57,942 nt of DNA from a virus (IMGVR_UViG_3300010398_000012:1-57942); one strand, 5' to 3'. Numbered from the stretch's first letter, positions 46,643-55,558 are shown. Translations and numbers: made by a program. The notes: generated from the letters alone by a model not told the origin.

Positions 46643-47491
46643 ATGGCCGGAACCCGGCTGGTCATGTACGACGACGTGACCGTGTCGCTGCTGCCTAGCG
46701 ATGGCGACGCGTACGCCTGCTACGTGGACGGCCGCTACGCCAACTGTGATCAGGTGCGCGCCAAGTTCCCCGGCAAGCAGATACTGACCATCGCCGTGTT
46801 CGCTTCCGACGATGCCGACTGCCTGGACGTGGAGCAGGGGGATGCGACGAATGCGCAGGCACCCGGCTGGGTGAAGCGGCAGCAGGCCCGGGGCGTGGCC
46901 CGGCCGGTGGTGTACACGTCGGCGGGCAACGCTACCGCGCTGGCCGGGGCGATGACGGCCGCCGGCCTGTCCCGGTCGGACTACAAGCTTTGGTCGGCGC
47001 ATTACACCGGCGTGGCGCACGTGTGCGGCACCGGCGGGTGCACCTACCCGCGCGCTGATGCTTCACAGTGGACCAGCTCCTCGCACGGCCGGTCCCTGGA
47101 TGAGTCGCTGTGCGAGCCCGGATTTTTCGGCGGCGCACCCGCGCCCGCCCCGACCACGGGAGGCCAGGAAATGGCTCTTGTCGTGCTGCCTGATCAGCCG
47201 GTGGTGATGCTGCCGCTCGGCGCCGAGATCACCCGGCTGCGGTTCGGCGGCCACATCACCGAGAAGATCAAACTTGACTTCCTCGGGGTTTCCGACGCGT
47301 CGCAGACCGTGGATGTCAGCTACGCGGTGGCCGACGCCGGGCAGGCCGGCGTGGCGATCAACCCCAAGTGCGTGAACGTGCGGGTGGTGCGGAACGTGGA
47401 CGGGACCATGGCGTGGCCGCCGCCGGATGCGCCGGCGGGGCAGCCGATGTCGGCATTCCCGCCGCTAAGCATCTGGACAGTCGCCGGCTGA
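46643..47491 (+). CDS. GH25-like muramidase endolysin with C-terminal domain
   Basis: YACYVDG, LDVEQGDA, RPVVYTS, WSAHY, ASQW, D.S. Confidence 0.75.
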   Translation: MAGTRLVMYDDVTVSLLPSDGDAYACYVDGRYANCDQVRAKFPGKQILTIAVFASDDADCLDVEQGDATNAQAPGWVKRQQARGVARPVVYTSAGNATALAGAMTAAGLSRSDYKLWSAHYTGVAHVCGTGGCTYPRADASQWTSSSHGRSLDESLCEPGFFGGAPAPAPTTGGQEMALVVLPDQPVVMLPLGAEITRLRFGGHITEKIKLDFLGVSDASQTVDVSYAVADAGQAGVAINPKCVNVRVVRNVDGTMAWPPPDAPAGQPMSAFPPLSIWTVAG

Positions 47492-47654
47492 CCCTTGGGG
47501 GACGACGGCCCAAAACGGTGCCCCCGCGTACGCCGCTGGGACGCTCCCAGGCTGCCAGAGGCTCCTGTAGCCCCCCATACCAGAACGGCACCCAAGCCCG
47601 GAGCGGCCGTTCTGGGCCCGTATAGGGCTAGGCCGCCTCTGGCCTGCATAAACT

Positions 47655-47694
47655 GCGGCACCGCACCCCGGACCACGGCGGGGTGCGGTGCCGC
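47655..47694. terminator. Probable bidirectional terminator between the convergent arms
   Basis: Perfect 16-bp stem GCGGCACCGCACCCCG-8nt-CGGGGTGCGGTGCCGC. Confidence 0.75.
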
Positions 47695-47712
47695 TATACG
47701 CATGCCTGGGGG

Positions 47713-48318
47713 CTACTGGCCGCCCCGGAGCAGCCCGGCGGATGTCAGCAGGTCCGCCACCACCGTGGCGTACCCGTCCACCTGCGGGGCGGAGGTGCCC
47801 TCGGGCACCACCTCCCGCAGCGCGGCGCGGATGATCGCCACCGCCTCCAAGCTGGCCTCGGTGATGACCGGTTCGGGCAGCCGGCCCTCCGCTACCGCTT
47901 TGCCCAGCCGCACCTCCGTCAGGGTGATCTTGCCGGGCACCGCGCGGGCGATCACCTGCTCCCGGCCCCGGCACATGCACGCGTAGTAGATGATGGTCTG
48001 CCCGACCGCGCCGCACAGGCCGTGAAACGGGTTGACGTGGTAGGTGGCGGCGATCGGCGTGTAGTAGTGGGTGTGCCGGTACCGCCACGGCCGCCAGTGC
48101 CAGTCGAACCGGAATGTGACCGTTGGCCGCCAGTCCCACAATCGCCGCAGCCACCCGGCCGGGGGCTTATTAGCGAGCGGGCCGCACTCGATCGGCCCGG
48201 GGTCATCAGGCGCGTCCGCCGGGCGGCCGTCCGGGTAGAACGCCGGGGCTGCTACGGCCTGCCGGGCGGCGTCGGGCAGAACCACCCCGGGGTCCTCTGC
48301 GGGGTATTCGCTGGGCAT
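47713..48318 (-). CDS. Hypothetical protein
   Basis: GGAGAGGAG RBS before ATG 48318. Confidence 0.6.
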   Translation of the reverse strand: MPSEYPAEDPGVVLPDAARQAVAAPAFYPDGRPADAPDDPGPIECGPLANKPPAGWLRRLWDWRPTVTFRFDWHWRPWRYRHTHYYTPIAATYHVNPFHGLCGAVGQTIIYYACMCRGREQVIARAVPGKITLTEVRLGKAVAEGRLPEPVITEASLEAVAIIRAALREVVPEGTSAPQVDGYATVVADLLTSAGLLRGGQ

Positions 48319-48489
48319 CTGGTGTACTCCTCTCCACGGCGGCCAGCCGGGCCTTGACCTGGACCGGTGGCCTGTCATCGGTGATGCTGACCCACGCCCA
48401 CGGCGGTTGCACGTGGGCTAGCAGGCCAGTCCTAGTCTCGCCTTGGTGGGGGACGGTGACGGCGACGCCCAGGACGGCGTCCTTGGCCC

Positions 48490-48582
48490 TCACCACTGCT
48501 CCAGGCTGTGCGCGCCCCGGACATGCCACCAGCCGCAGGCAAGGCACCGGTACGCTTTGCCACGTATCGTGCGGGTGGTCAT
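48490..48582 (-). CDS. 30-aa Zn-finger-like peptide
   Basis: Manual translation MTTRTIRGKAYRCLACGWWHVRGAHSLEQW*; ATGA coupling. Confidence 0.45.
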   Translation of the reverse strand: MTTRTIRGKAYRCLACGWWHVRGAHSLEQW

Positions 48583-48830
48583 TGGCTGTCGCCTGTCTGG
48601 GCAGCCACCATGGCCTCAAGCTTGTCTCTGGTGGTCTGGTAAACGATCTGGTCAACAGTGGCCCAGACGCCTGTGGGGCCATTGCGCTCTTGGTAGATGG
48701 CTGTCTGTGGGGCACCTGCTGCCTTGGCCTTGGTGACCTGCTCGCTGATGTACCACTGATGGCTGCCCATCATTTGGCCCCATGCCCTGATGTAGAGGTA
48801 GTCAAGGGGTGACTTGCTGGTGGTGGTCAC
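48579..48830 (-). CDS. Hypothetical phage protein, lower GC
   Basis: YIRAWGQMMGS..YI.EQV..A...AP; GTGA coupling. Confidence 0.65.
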   Translation of the reverse strand: MTTTSKSPLDYLYIRAWGQMMGSHQWYISEQVTKAKAAGAPQTAIYQERNGPTGVWATVDQIVYQTTRDKLEAMVAAQTGDSQ

Positions 48831-49036
48831 CGGATCATCTCCGCTTCGCACCGGTCCCCCCGCCGCAGGCACCACGGCCGCCCCGGGTGGGTGCCGGGCA
48901 CCTTGTGGGGGCGCAGGTTCAGCCAGTACCCGCCGCGCCGGTCTATGACCCGGCCGCCGCTGATCGACTGGCCGCAGCGCGGACACTTGGCCCGGGGGTA
49001 GGCGTAGCCTTTGAGGCCGCCGGTGTGCCTGCTCAC
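48827..49036 (-). CDS. Small Zn-binding protein
   Basis: CPRCG...LRPHK...WC; GTGA coupling. Confidence 0.55.
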   Translation of the reverse strand: MSRHTGGLKGYAYPRAKCPRCGQSISGGRVIDRRGGYWLNLRPHKVPGTHPGRPWCLRRGDRCEAEMIR

Positions 49037-49275
49037 GGCAGGTCCCGGACGTAGGCGGCCTTGGTGCGCCACACCCGGCCGCAGCCCGGCGCCCCGCACA
49101 CCACCTCGGAGTAGTCCGAGGTGGTCCGGTGGCCGCCGTTGAACGCGGAGTGGTTGCAGTTCCGCTGCCGCACCCACCAGAACGCGCGGTGCCCGCGCAT
49201 GCACGCCACGGTGCGCTGGTGCGCTTCGGCCCGGATGTGGGCCTCCGCCGTGGCCAGGCCCCGGGACTCAGTCAC
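49033..49275 (-). CDS. Small Zn-binding protein
   Basis: RNCNHSAFNG...SDYS.V.C...CG..WRTKAAYV..LP. Confidence 0.7.
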   Translation of the reverse strand: MTESRGLATAEAHIRAEAHQRTVACMRGHRAFWWVRQRNCNHSAFNGGHRTTSDYSEVVCGAPGCGRVWRTKAAYVRDLP

Positions 49276-49690
49276 GGCGCCGGGCCTGTTCGGTGCGGGG
49301 CCGGGCCAGGATCCACCCCTTGTCGGTCAGCCCGAACCACACGTGCCCGCGCCCGGTGGACCGGCGCACCAGGCCCTTGCGGACACAACTGGACGCGGAC
49401 TGGGCGGCGCCCTGCGGGGACTGGCCGGTGCGGGCGGCGATCTCATGGGCGCGGACCCAGCCGCCCCGGACGGCCAGCCACCGGATCGCGTCCAGGGTGT
49501 TCCGCTCGGTGGCGGTGGGCGGGCGCTGCGGCAGCTCGCCGCGTGTCCGCCGTGCGGTCCGGGAGCAGGCCACTGGCGCGGCCTTCCCGGCCAGCACCTG
49601 GTTCATAAACGTGTTCAGCTCCTGATTCTGCCGGGTCAAGGCCAGGTCGAACGCTGCCGGGTGGACCTCAATTGTCGTTGCCGTTGTCAT
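49268..49690 (-). CDS. Winged helix-turn-helix DNA-binding protein
   Basis: GGAGAGGAG RBS; T.TE..TL...AHEIAARTG.S..GA...VRKGLV.R...FGLTDKG. Confidence 0.7.
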   Translation of the reverse strand: MTTATTIEVHPAAFDLALTRQNQELNTFMNQVLAGKAAPVACSRTARRTRGELPQRPPTATERNTLDAIRWLAVRGGWVRAHEIAARTGQSPQGAAQSASSCVRKGLVRRSTGRGHVWFGLTDKGWILARPRTEQARRRD

Positions 49691-49957
49691 CGGGTACTCC
49701 TCTCCAGCCGGCGTCCGTGCTGGTCGATGTGGGCCCAGCGGCACCACCGGCTCCCTGGTGGCCTTGGATTGCACGTCATCGGCGTAGTGCGCCAGCACCC
49801 AGCCGAACGCGGCCCGCGCGGCCAGCAGGCACCCGTCACAGGTGACCGGCCCGTCGCAGCCGTGAAAGTCGGTGCGGGTCTGCCCGCATAGCGCGGTGAG
49901 CTGGGTTACCGGGATTAGGTGCACCAGGCCCTTTGGCGCCGTTGGCGTAGATCATCG

Positions 49958-50155
49958 TCATTCCGTCTCCAAGCGTCCTTGGTAGGCGTGCATAAGCGCC
50001 GTCGCCACCTGAGCCGCCGTCTGGGGGGTGAGGATCACCGAGCCCGTCCCGCTGACGCGGCCGGTCTTGGTGATGACACTCAACAGCACCCCGCTGCCGC
50101 CTGCCGGGGCGACCTGCACGACAGCGCCGTCACCCGCCCGAATCTGGGTCATCAT
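49958..50155 (-). CDS. Hypothetical protein
   Basis: VILTP.TA.QVA.AL; ATGA coupling. Confidence 0.6.
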   Translation of the reverse strand: MMTQIRAGDGAVVQVAPAGGSGVLLSVITKTGRVSGTGSVILTPQTAAQVATALMHAYQGRLETE

Positions 50156-50490
50156 GCCGCTTCCTCTAGCAGCTCTCCGCTGTGCCCGCCCACGTAGGCC
50201 GCGTACAGCCCGGCCAGGTCATCCTCGGCCAGGGCCAGCCGCCGCAGCCCCGCAGCGTTGCGGGCCCGCCGGGCGAACAGCTCCCCGGACGCGGCGGGTT
50301 TGCCGGCCCGGTAGTCCTCTTGCCCGGTGTGTGCGGCGTCCAGCCAGTTGTAGCCCCGGCCGCTGACGCCGGTGACACGGAGCTGGCCGCGCCGCCGCCC
50401 GGCGGCCTCCTCAATGTCGCGGGGCTCGGTGGCGACCCGGCCACGCCGGTAGAACCGGTCCTCGCGGGGCTTGCGCCTGCCCGACGCCAT
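50152..50490 (-). CDS. Hypothetical protein
   Basis: GGAGG RBS before ATG 50490. Confidence 0.55.
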   Translation of the reverse strand: MASGRRKPREDRFYRRGRVATEPRDIEEAAGRRRGQLRVTGVSGRGYNWLDAAHTGQEDYRAGKPAASGELFARRARNAAGLRRLALAEDDLAGLYAAYVGGHSGELLEEAA

Positions 50491-50852
50491 AACAGTGGCC
50501 TCCGGTCCGCGCGGGCAACCGCCGGGGCACCCGGCCCATCGGAGACGGTCAGCGGCTCCGCGCCGGGCACGTCGGCCTTGGCCAGCTTCCGCGCCAGGCC
50601 CAGGACGGTGCGGCGTTCCCCGATCGTCCAGTCGCTGCCTTCGCCGCCGGACTCGGATGCCAGGTCGGCGCGCATCCCCACGGCCAGGCCCAGCGCGTCC
50701 ATCGCGGCCGGGGTGCGGGGGATGACCAGGGTCAGCCGGTCGATGTGCACGCCGGCGTTCCACGCGCGGGCGGCGGCGTCGGACCCGGACTGGACCAGGT
50801 CGGCCAGCCATTCGGCCTGCCGGGTGGTCAGCGGCACGGTCACGGTGGTCAT
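50166..50852 (-). CDS. Hypothetical protein (3' end uncertain; overlaps next gene)
   Basis: ATGA coupling; first ~100 aa read as a natural protein. Confidence 0.5.
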   Translation of the reverse strand: MTTVTVPLTTRQAEWLADLVQSGSDAAARAWNAGVHIDRLTLVIPRTPAAMDALGLAVGMRADLASESGGEGSDWTIGERRTVLGLARKLAKADVPGAEPLTVSDGPGAPAVARADRRPLLWRRAGASPARTGSTGVAGSPPSPATLRRPPGGGAASSVSPASAAGATTGWTPHTPGKRTTGPANPPRPGSCSPGGPATLRGCGGWPWPRMTWPGCTRPTWAGTAESC

Positions 50853-51133
50853 TCGCTCTCCAGGTGTTCGATCGTGTACCCGCCCTCATCCGTGGCGATC
50901 CGCAGATGCCACCGGCTTGCCAGGTCTGCGATCTCGGCCCAGCCGCGTTCGCGGGCGGCGGTCATGGCGGCGTGCGCGTCGGCGGCACTGACGCCGTACT
51001 TGCCGCCCAGCAGTTCCACCATCTCGGCCCGTTCGGCGGCGTCGGCCAGCGCGGCCTGCCGCTGGTCCTCGGTGGCGGCGTCCCAGCCGGCCAGCATCAG
51101 CCGGATCGTGTCGCGCAGCTCCAGGTCGGTCAT
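50849..51133 (-). CDS. Hypothetical protein
   Basis: GGGAGGGG RBS; abuts the upstream stop. Confidence 0.65.
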   Translation of the reverse strand: MTDLELRDTIRLMLAGWDAATEDQRQAALADAAERAEMVELLGGKYGVSAADAHAAMTAARERGWAEIADLASRWHLRIATDEGGYTIEHLESE

Positions 51134-51331
51134 CTAGTCCCCTCCCTCGGCCCGGTGGTCGTCCAGCTTTTCCTGGACGTACCGCCGGGTGGCCCCGCCC
51201 GTGCGGGAGTCCCACCCGCACGAGCAGGTCACGTCGTAGCCCCAGGTGCCCCGCATCTGGGCGGTGCGCCGGATCCGTTCGGTCCCGGCGTACACCCACC
51301 AAGTGGCCCGGTGAGCCGTAGCGGTGGTCAT
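51134..51331 (-). CDS. Small Zn-binding protein (CSCGW)
   Basis: First gene after TATAAT promoter; GYDVTCSCGW.SRTGG. Confidence 0.7.
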   Translation of the reverse strand: MTTATAHRATWWVYAGTERIRRTAQMRGTWGYDVTCSCGWDSRTGGATRRYVQEKLDDHRAEGGD

Positions 51332-51358
51332 CCTGGCCTCACTCTCCCTTACACCCTC

Positions 51359-51396
51359 ATTATACACGAGTGTGTGACACGGTGGGGCGGTACGCT
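51359..51396 (-). promoter_or_regulatory. Promoter/operator repeat copy 1
   Basis: - strand AGCGTACCGCCCCACCGTGTCACACACTCGTG-TATAAT. Confidence 0.7.
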
Positions 51397-51403
51397 CCCA
51401 CCC

Positions 51404-51556
51404 ATGCGCCGCTCCACCGATCCCTGCCGCTGCGGCCACCAGCGGGCCCTCCACACCCACCACCGGCGCGGCTCCGAATGCGCAATGTGCGAGACGTGCC
51501 TGCGGTTCCGGCGGGCGTGGCGCACCTGGTGGCGGCAGCGCCGCCCGGTGGTGTGA
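51404..51556 (+). CDS. 50-aa Cys/His Zn-binding protein, divergent and probably leaderless
   Basis: CRCGH...HTHHR...CAMCETC; TACGCT 7 nt before ATG. Confidence 0.6.
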   Translation: MRRSTDPCRCGHQRALHTHHRRGSECAMCETCLRFRRAWRTWWRQRRPVV

Positions 51557-51805
51557 TCACCCGTCCCTTTCCGGTGCCGGCTCCGTGTCCCGTGGAACTC
51601 TGCCAGGCCCACCCGGCGGCCTGCCTGGCCTCCCTGCTTCCCGGCGCTCACGCGGTATCTGCGCTCTACCGGCCCGGTCCGAGCGCCTGGCTTGGACCGG
51701 CTTGGCTCCCGGGAGCCCCGCGTCAGCGCAGTACCGTCACCGCTGGCCTCGGGGACGGGCGGTCCTACGGTCGGCCGCCCGGCCCCTTCGGGTGGGGCCC
51801 CCGGG

Positions 51806-51827
51806 GGAGGGCCCGGCCGGGCCCTCC
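51806..51827. terminator. 22-bp palindrome between convergent genes
   Basis: GGAGGGCCCGGCCGGGCCCTCC. Confidence 0.4.
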
Positions 51828-51867
51828 ACCTAGTACAACCACCACCCCCACCAGTGTATTCCCTGGG

Positions 51868-52197
51868 CTACCGCCCGAGAACGGTCCTCAGCGTCTCCGG
51901 GGTGCTTGCCGTACCGACCGCCAGGAACGCCTCATGCGGGTACCGCTCCCGCAGTGCCCGCCGCGCCCGGGGCACCGCCGCAAGCGCCGTCATGTGGCTG
52001 ATGTAGGGGCCTAGCAGGAACGCCGTCCGGGCGCCCCGCCGCGCGGTCACGTAGAACTTGGCACCGGGGCGGCGCACGATCGGCTCCAGCGGCCGGCTGC
52101 CGAACTTGCGCCGCAGGTACCGCTTGGCCGCGTCCAGGTCCGCTATCCCGGTCCCCAGGTAGTCCCGCCGGCTGTCTTCCGATGTCGTGGTCTTCAT
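51868..52197 (-). CDS. Hypothetical protein
   Basis: FYVTA...LLGPY..H..AL..V..AR...GTA. Confidence 0.7.
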   Translation of the reverse strand: MKTTTSEDSRRDYLGTGIADLDAAKRYLRRKFGSRPLEPIVRRPGAKFYVTARRGARTAFLLGPYISHMTALAAVPRARRALRERYPHEAFLAVGTASTPETLRTVLGR

Positions 52198-52203
52198 GAC
52201 CCG

Positions 52204-52395
52204 TCACACCCTCACGTCGGTGTTGATCTCAGCCCACAGTTCAAACAGCTCGGCCCGGCCTTCGGTGTCCAGGACCGGCTTACCAGCGTTGTTAGCCAGC
52301 TCGGTGGCGACATGGGCGCGGCCGAGCGCCCAGGCCAGCTCCCGGATCTCGGCCTGGGTCAGGTCGGCGGTCAGCTTGCGTCTAGCCCTGGCCAT
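52204..52395 (-). CDS. Hypothetical protein
   Basis: GGAGAGGAG RBS. Confidence 0.6.
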   Translation of the reverse strand: MARARRKLTADLTQAEIRELAWALGRAHVATELANNAGKPVLDTEGRAELFELWAEINTDVRV

Positions 52396-52397
52396 GG

Positions 52398-53213
52398 TCA
52401 CTCCTCTCCGTATCTCCCCGGCAGGTGGGCCAGGCAGTACACCCGGCCCGCGCCGTCGCGGACGGCCTGCTTGCCGCCGATGTGCTCCCGGCCGCCCACC
52501 CCGTCACAGAACTGGCCGGCGGGCGCAGTGATCTCCTCCAGGCCAAGACGGGCGATCCTGGCCGCCGTCTCCTCCCGCACATAGTCCCCGTAGATGGCCA
52601 GCATCTGGGTGGCCACCCCCGCCGGCACCCGGAACCCGTGGTTGGCCCCGATCATCACGTCGCCACCGCCGCCGGAATACTGCACCCAGCCGCCGCCGGA
52701 CCCCGGCCCGTGGATGACCAGCTGCGTGCTGTACTCGGACTGCGAGTGCGACGGGGCCGACACACAATTGTCCGGGAACAGGGCCGCCAGCTTCTCGGTC
52801 AGCACCCCGCGCTGCCCCTGGTCCACGGCCAGGTCCGCCTCGTAGGCAAGCACCTTGGCCAGCGCCGCCTCATACACCGGGGCCAGCCGGCGGGCGATCT
52901 CCCGGGCCACGGCCTGCGGGCCACGGCTCACCGACACCCCGATCTTGCCGCGATCGGTCTTGTACCAGCCGAACGACGACCGGGGGTAAATCGGGGTGAT
53001 CTCCGTCTTGCCCTTGAACGGGTAACCCAGGTAGTAGCCCCGGCCGTCGCCGTCGATGATCCGGCCGCCCCATGGCTCCACGTCGGTGTCCGCGCCCACC
53101 AGGCCGGGGAACGACCCTAGAGCGTTCAGCTCGGCAGCCACAGCCGGGACGAACACTTCCTTGAAATGTGCCTTCTCGGCCTTCTCGCGGGCGTAATCCT
53201 CTTGCCATCCCAT
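52398..53213 (-). CDS. Hypothetical protein
   Basis: GGAGAGGAG RBS before ATG 53213; I.VS..RGP..VAREIARRL.P.Y. Confidence 0.7.
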   Translation of the reverse strand: MGWQEDYAREKAEKAHFKEVFVPAVAAELNALGSFPGLVGADTDVEPWGGRIIDGDGRGYYLGYPFKGKTEITPIYPRSSFGWYKTDRGKIGVSVSRGPQAVAREIARRLAPVYEAALAKVLAYEADLAVDQGQRGVLTEKLAALFPDNCVSAPSHSQSEYSTQLVIHGPGSGGGWVQYSGGGGDVMIGANHGFRVPAGVATQMLAIYGDYVREETAARIARLGLEEITAPAGQFCDGVGGREHIGGKQAVRDGAGRVYCLAHLPGRYGEE

Positions 53214-53244
53214 CCGGTTACACACTCTCCTCTCCGTGCCGCCC

Positions 53245-53547
53245 TCACCAGGCGGCCAGCTCCTCCTCGCCCAGCTCCTCCCATTCCTCCAGCGCGGCAG
53301 CAGCCGCATCGGCGGCCTGGTCAAACATGGTGGCCAGCGTCGCGCACCCGGCCGGGGCCGGGCTTATGTCGATGTACCCGGGGGTGGTCTCGCGCGGCGG
53401 CCCCTGCGGGCACCAGGCGGCCTGCCAACATTCCTCGGCCGCTTCGCGCATGTGCCGTTCCTGGTTCTGCAACGCGTTGGTCACCTGCCAGCCGTGGCGG
53501 CCGATGAAGTCCGCCAGCCGCTCGGCGGCGGTCAGTGCGCGTGCCAT
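53245..53547 (-). CDS. Hypothetical protein
   Basis: GGAGAGGAG RBS. Confidence 0.65.
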   Translation of the reverse strand: MARALTAAERLADFIGRHGWQVTNALQNQERHMREAAEECWQAAWCPQGPPRETTPGYIDISPAPAGCATLATMFDQAADAAAAALEEWEELGEEELAAW

Positions 53548-53550
53548 CGG

Positions 53551-53793
53551 TTACTCCTCTCCAGTGGCGGCGTGGTACGTGCCGGTGATCACCTTGACCA
53601 CCGTCTCCCGCGCCTTGGCGTCGCCGGCCAGCGCCTGGCGGCACCGCTCGGCCAGCAGGTAGTTCCGCACCTCACGGGCCTGGAACATCAGCCGGCCAAT
53701 GTCGCCGTCAGTCACGCTCGGGGGCTCGGCGTCGCCGTGCCGGGTCGGATCGGTGCACCAGGCGATTCTGCCGGTGCCGCATCGCACACACAT
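53551..53793 (-). CDS. Hypothetical protein
   Basis: CVRC...C...H start; operon packing. Confidence 0.6.
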   Translation of the reverse strand: MCVRCGTGRIAWCTDPTRHGDAEPPSVTDGDIGRLMFQAREVRNYLLAERCRQALAGDAKARETVVKVITGTYHAATGEE

Positions 53794-53795
53794 CT

Positions 53796-54305
53796 CTAGT
53801 CCTCACTTCCGTAGTTGGCGGCGGTGACGATCTCCACGTCCCGGGAGAACCCGCCATCGGCGCGGATCACCGCGACCCACGCCGACCCCGACAGGCCGTG
53901 GCCCTGGCCGTCGATGATGGCCCTGGCCGGGACGCGGACCTTGCCCACCTGGTAGCCCTTGGCCGCGTCGGCGGCCTTGCGGCGGGCCGGGTCCCTGGCC
54001 TGGGACGGACTGAACCAGCCGGTGAACCGGCCGCGCGGGTCGTCGGAGGGCAAGATGCCCCAGGCGAACCCGAACCGGGTCTCCACCCACTTGGCCGGCA
54101 CCAGGTTGCCCTCGGTGTCGAACAGGGCGGTGAACACGGCGGTGCCGCCGGCGTCCTCGATCTCGGCCTGGCGGCGGAGCTGCTGGGCGGTCAGCCCGGC
54201 GGCCCACTGGGTCAGAAAGCCGTCCGTGTCGCTGCGCTCCCACGACTCGGCCGCGCGCTGGTCGGCGTCGGCGGCCTGGCCGCGCAGTTCGCTGCTGCTG
54301 CTCAT
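53796..54305 (-). CDS. Hypothetical phage protein
   Basis: ESWERSDTDGFLTQWA...LFD.EGNLVPAK.VETRFG..W. Confidence 0.75.
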   Translation of the reverse strand: MSSSSELRGQAADADQRAAESWERSDTDGFLTQWAAGLTAQQLRRQAEIEDAGGTAVFTALFDTEGNLVPAKWVETRFGFAWGILPSDDPRGRFTGWFSPSQARDPARRKAADAAKGYQVGKVRVPARAIIDGQGHGLSGSAWVAVIRADGGFSRDVEIVTAANYGSED

Positions 54306-54449
54306 TTACTGGCCTTTCTTGGGGGCGGGGGCCGCCGGCGCGGGCCGGGGGCGGTACACGTTCCGGTGTCCCCGGCAGCCGCGCCTGATGCAGCGGCGGG
54401 AACAGGTGGGGGCGGGCCGCCAGGCGGCCGGCCGGGTCTTGGTGGTCAT
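54306..54449 (-). CDS. 47-aa basic Cys-containing peptide
   Basis: Manual translation MTTKTRPAAWRPAPTCSRRCIRRGCRGH...KKGQ*; GGAGAGTGA RBS; first gene after promoter copy 2. Confidence 0.55.
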   Translation of the reverse strand: MTTKTRPAAWRPAPTCSRRCIRRGCRGHRNVYRPRPAPAAPAPKKGQ

Positions 54450-54476
54450 CTCGGTCACTCTCCCCTCACACTCCTA

Positions 54477-54516
54477 AGTATACACCAGTGTGTGACAAGG
54501 GGGGGGGTGGAACGCT
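54477..54516 (-). promoter_or_regulatory. Promoter/operator repeat copy 2
   Basis: - strand AGCGTTCCA-C9-TTGTCACACACTGGTG-TATACT. Confidence 0.7.
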
Positions 54517-54904
54517 ACCCGGTCTGGGTCAGCTTCCGGCACGCCGGGCACACATACCCGTGGCGGACATCCCCGCCGGTCCACCGCTCGTAGTACACCC
54601 ACCGCTCGCCCCCCGGGTCATGGCCCGCATCGGCGCACCAGGCGCCGATGCGGGCGCCCCGCCCATCGGCGGTGAGGATCGCCTCAGCCGCCGGGCTGCC
54701 GTCGTTAGGGTCCTCGGGGACGCCGCGCCGGGCGGCCACGGTCACGTCCGGGACGAACCCGCCACCAGGGATCCTGGTGCCACACGGCGCCTGCCGGGTC
54801 AGCACCGACAGCCGCCCGTACACGTAGGTCTCATCGAACGGGTTAACCCACACCGCGCGCAGCGCCGCCAGGTCCGGACTAGGTGCCGCTCTCGGGTCAG
54901 TCAT
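54515..54904 (-). CDS. Hypothetical protein with C-terminal HGYVCPACR..TQTG
   Basis: GGAGAGTGA RBS before ATG 54904. Confidence 0.65.
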   Translation of the reverse strand: MTDPRAAPSPDLAALRAVWVNPFDETYVYGRLSVLTRQAPCGTRIPGGGFVPDVTVAARRGVPEDPNDGSPAAEAILTADGRGARIGAWCADAGHDPGGERWVYYERWTGGDVRHGYVCPACRKLTQTG

Positions 54905-54918
54905 CCTGGTCACTCTCC

Positions 54919-55299
54919 TCACATCGACGCCGGGCAGACCCGGCCGTTCAGGGTCGCGGCGTACCGGCCCGCACCAGACGGGGGCTCACCGAACGAGCTG
55001 CCGTAGAACCCCACCGTCTCGGCCATGGAGGCCCAGTACTCGGCCCACCGGGGCGGGGCGCCGGGGCTATCCCAGGCGGGGGCGTCCAGGGGGATCGGGC
55101 CGTCGTAGGCCCAGGTGACGATCCGGCCACCCTTGCGGTTGATCGTGATGTCCTTCGCGGACCAGGCGGACGGCGGGCTGATCTCCCCGGTGTAGACGCT
55201 GCCGGCCTGGCCGGTGATCCGCGCGTAGAACGCGGCGGCGTCCTTGCCGTTGGCGAACACGGCGGTGAACCTGCCCTCCCGGGCGGCTGCTGCGGTCAT
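54919..55299 (-). CDS. Hypothetical protein
   Basis: GAGAGGAG RBS; first gene after promoter copy 3. Confidence 0.65.
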   Translation of the reverse strand: MTAAAAREGRFTAVFANGKDAAAFYARITGQAGSVYTGEISPPSAWSAKDITINRKGGRIVTWAYDGPIPLDAPAWDSPGAPPRWAEYWASMAETVGFYGSSFGEPPSGAGRYAATLNGRVCPASM

Positions 55300-55324
55300 C
55301 TCGGCTCTCCTCTCTCCACTCCTC

Positions 55325-55356
55325 ACTATACACGAGTGTAGGGACAGGCGGGTGGT
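55325..55356 (-). promoter_or_regulatory. Promoter/operator repeat copy 3
   Basis: - strand CCACCCGCCTGTCCCTACACTCGTG-TATAGT; contains perfect TACAC-NN-GTGTA palindrome. Confidence 0.7.
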
Positions 55357-55422
55357 TGACGTGCAGCCGCGCAACCGCCACGCTCAGACACGACATAACC
55401 CGAACCACCCGGGGAGGCCCCC

Positions 55423-55533
55423 ATGCGCCGACGCGCCCTCATCGTCACCCTGACCACCGCCGCGCTGACCACCGCGTCAATCCTGGCCGCCGCCGCAGCC
55501 TGGGCCGGCACGCTCATGTTCCACCACGGCTGA
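55423..55533 (+). CDS. 36-aa secreted pro-peptide (signal peptide plus GTLMFHHG)
   Basis: Manual translation MRRRALIVTLTTAALTTASILAAAAAWAGTLMFHHG*; GGGGAGG RBS; mostly G/C-ending codons; TTGACG-17nt-CACGCT upstream. Confidence 0.7.
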   Translation: MRRRALIVTLTTAALTTASILAAAAAWAGTLMFHHG

Positions 55534-55558
55534 CATGGGCGGCCACCCGCCAGTAGTC

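Noticed and set aside
47492-47712. Possible tRNA, ncRNA or attP in the gap between arms
   Set aside because: No cloverleaf or T-loop consensus seen and no adjacent integrase; only the terminator hairpin is supportable.
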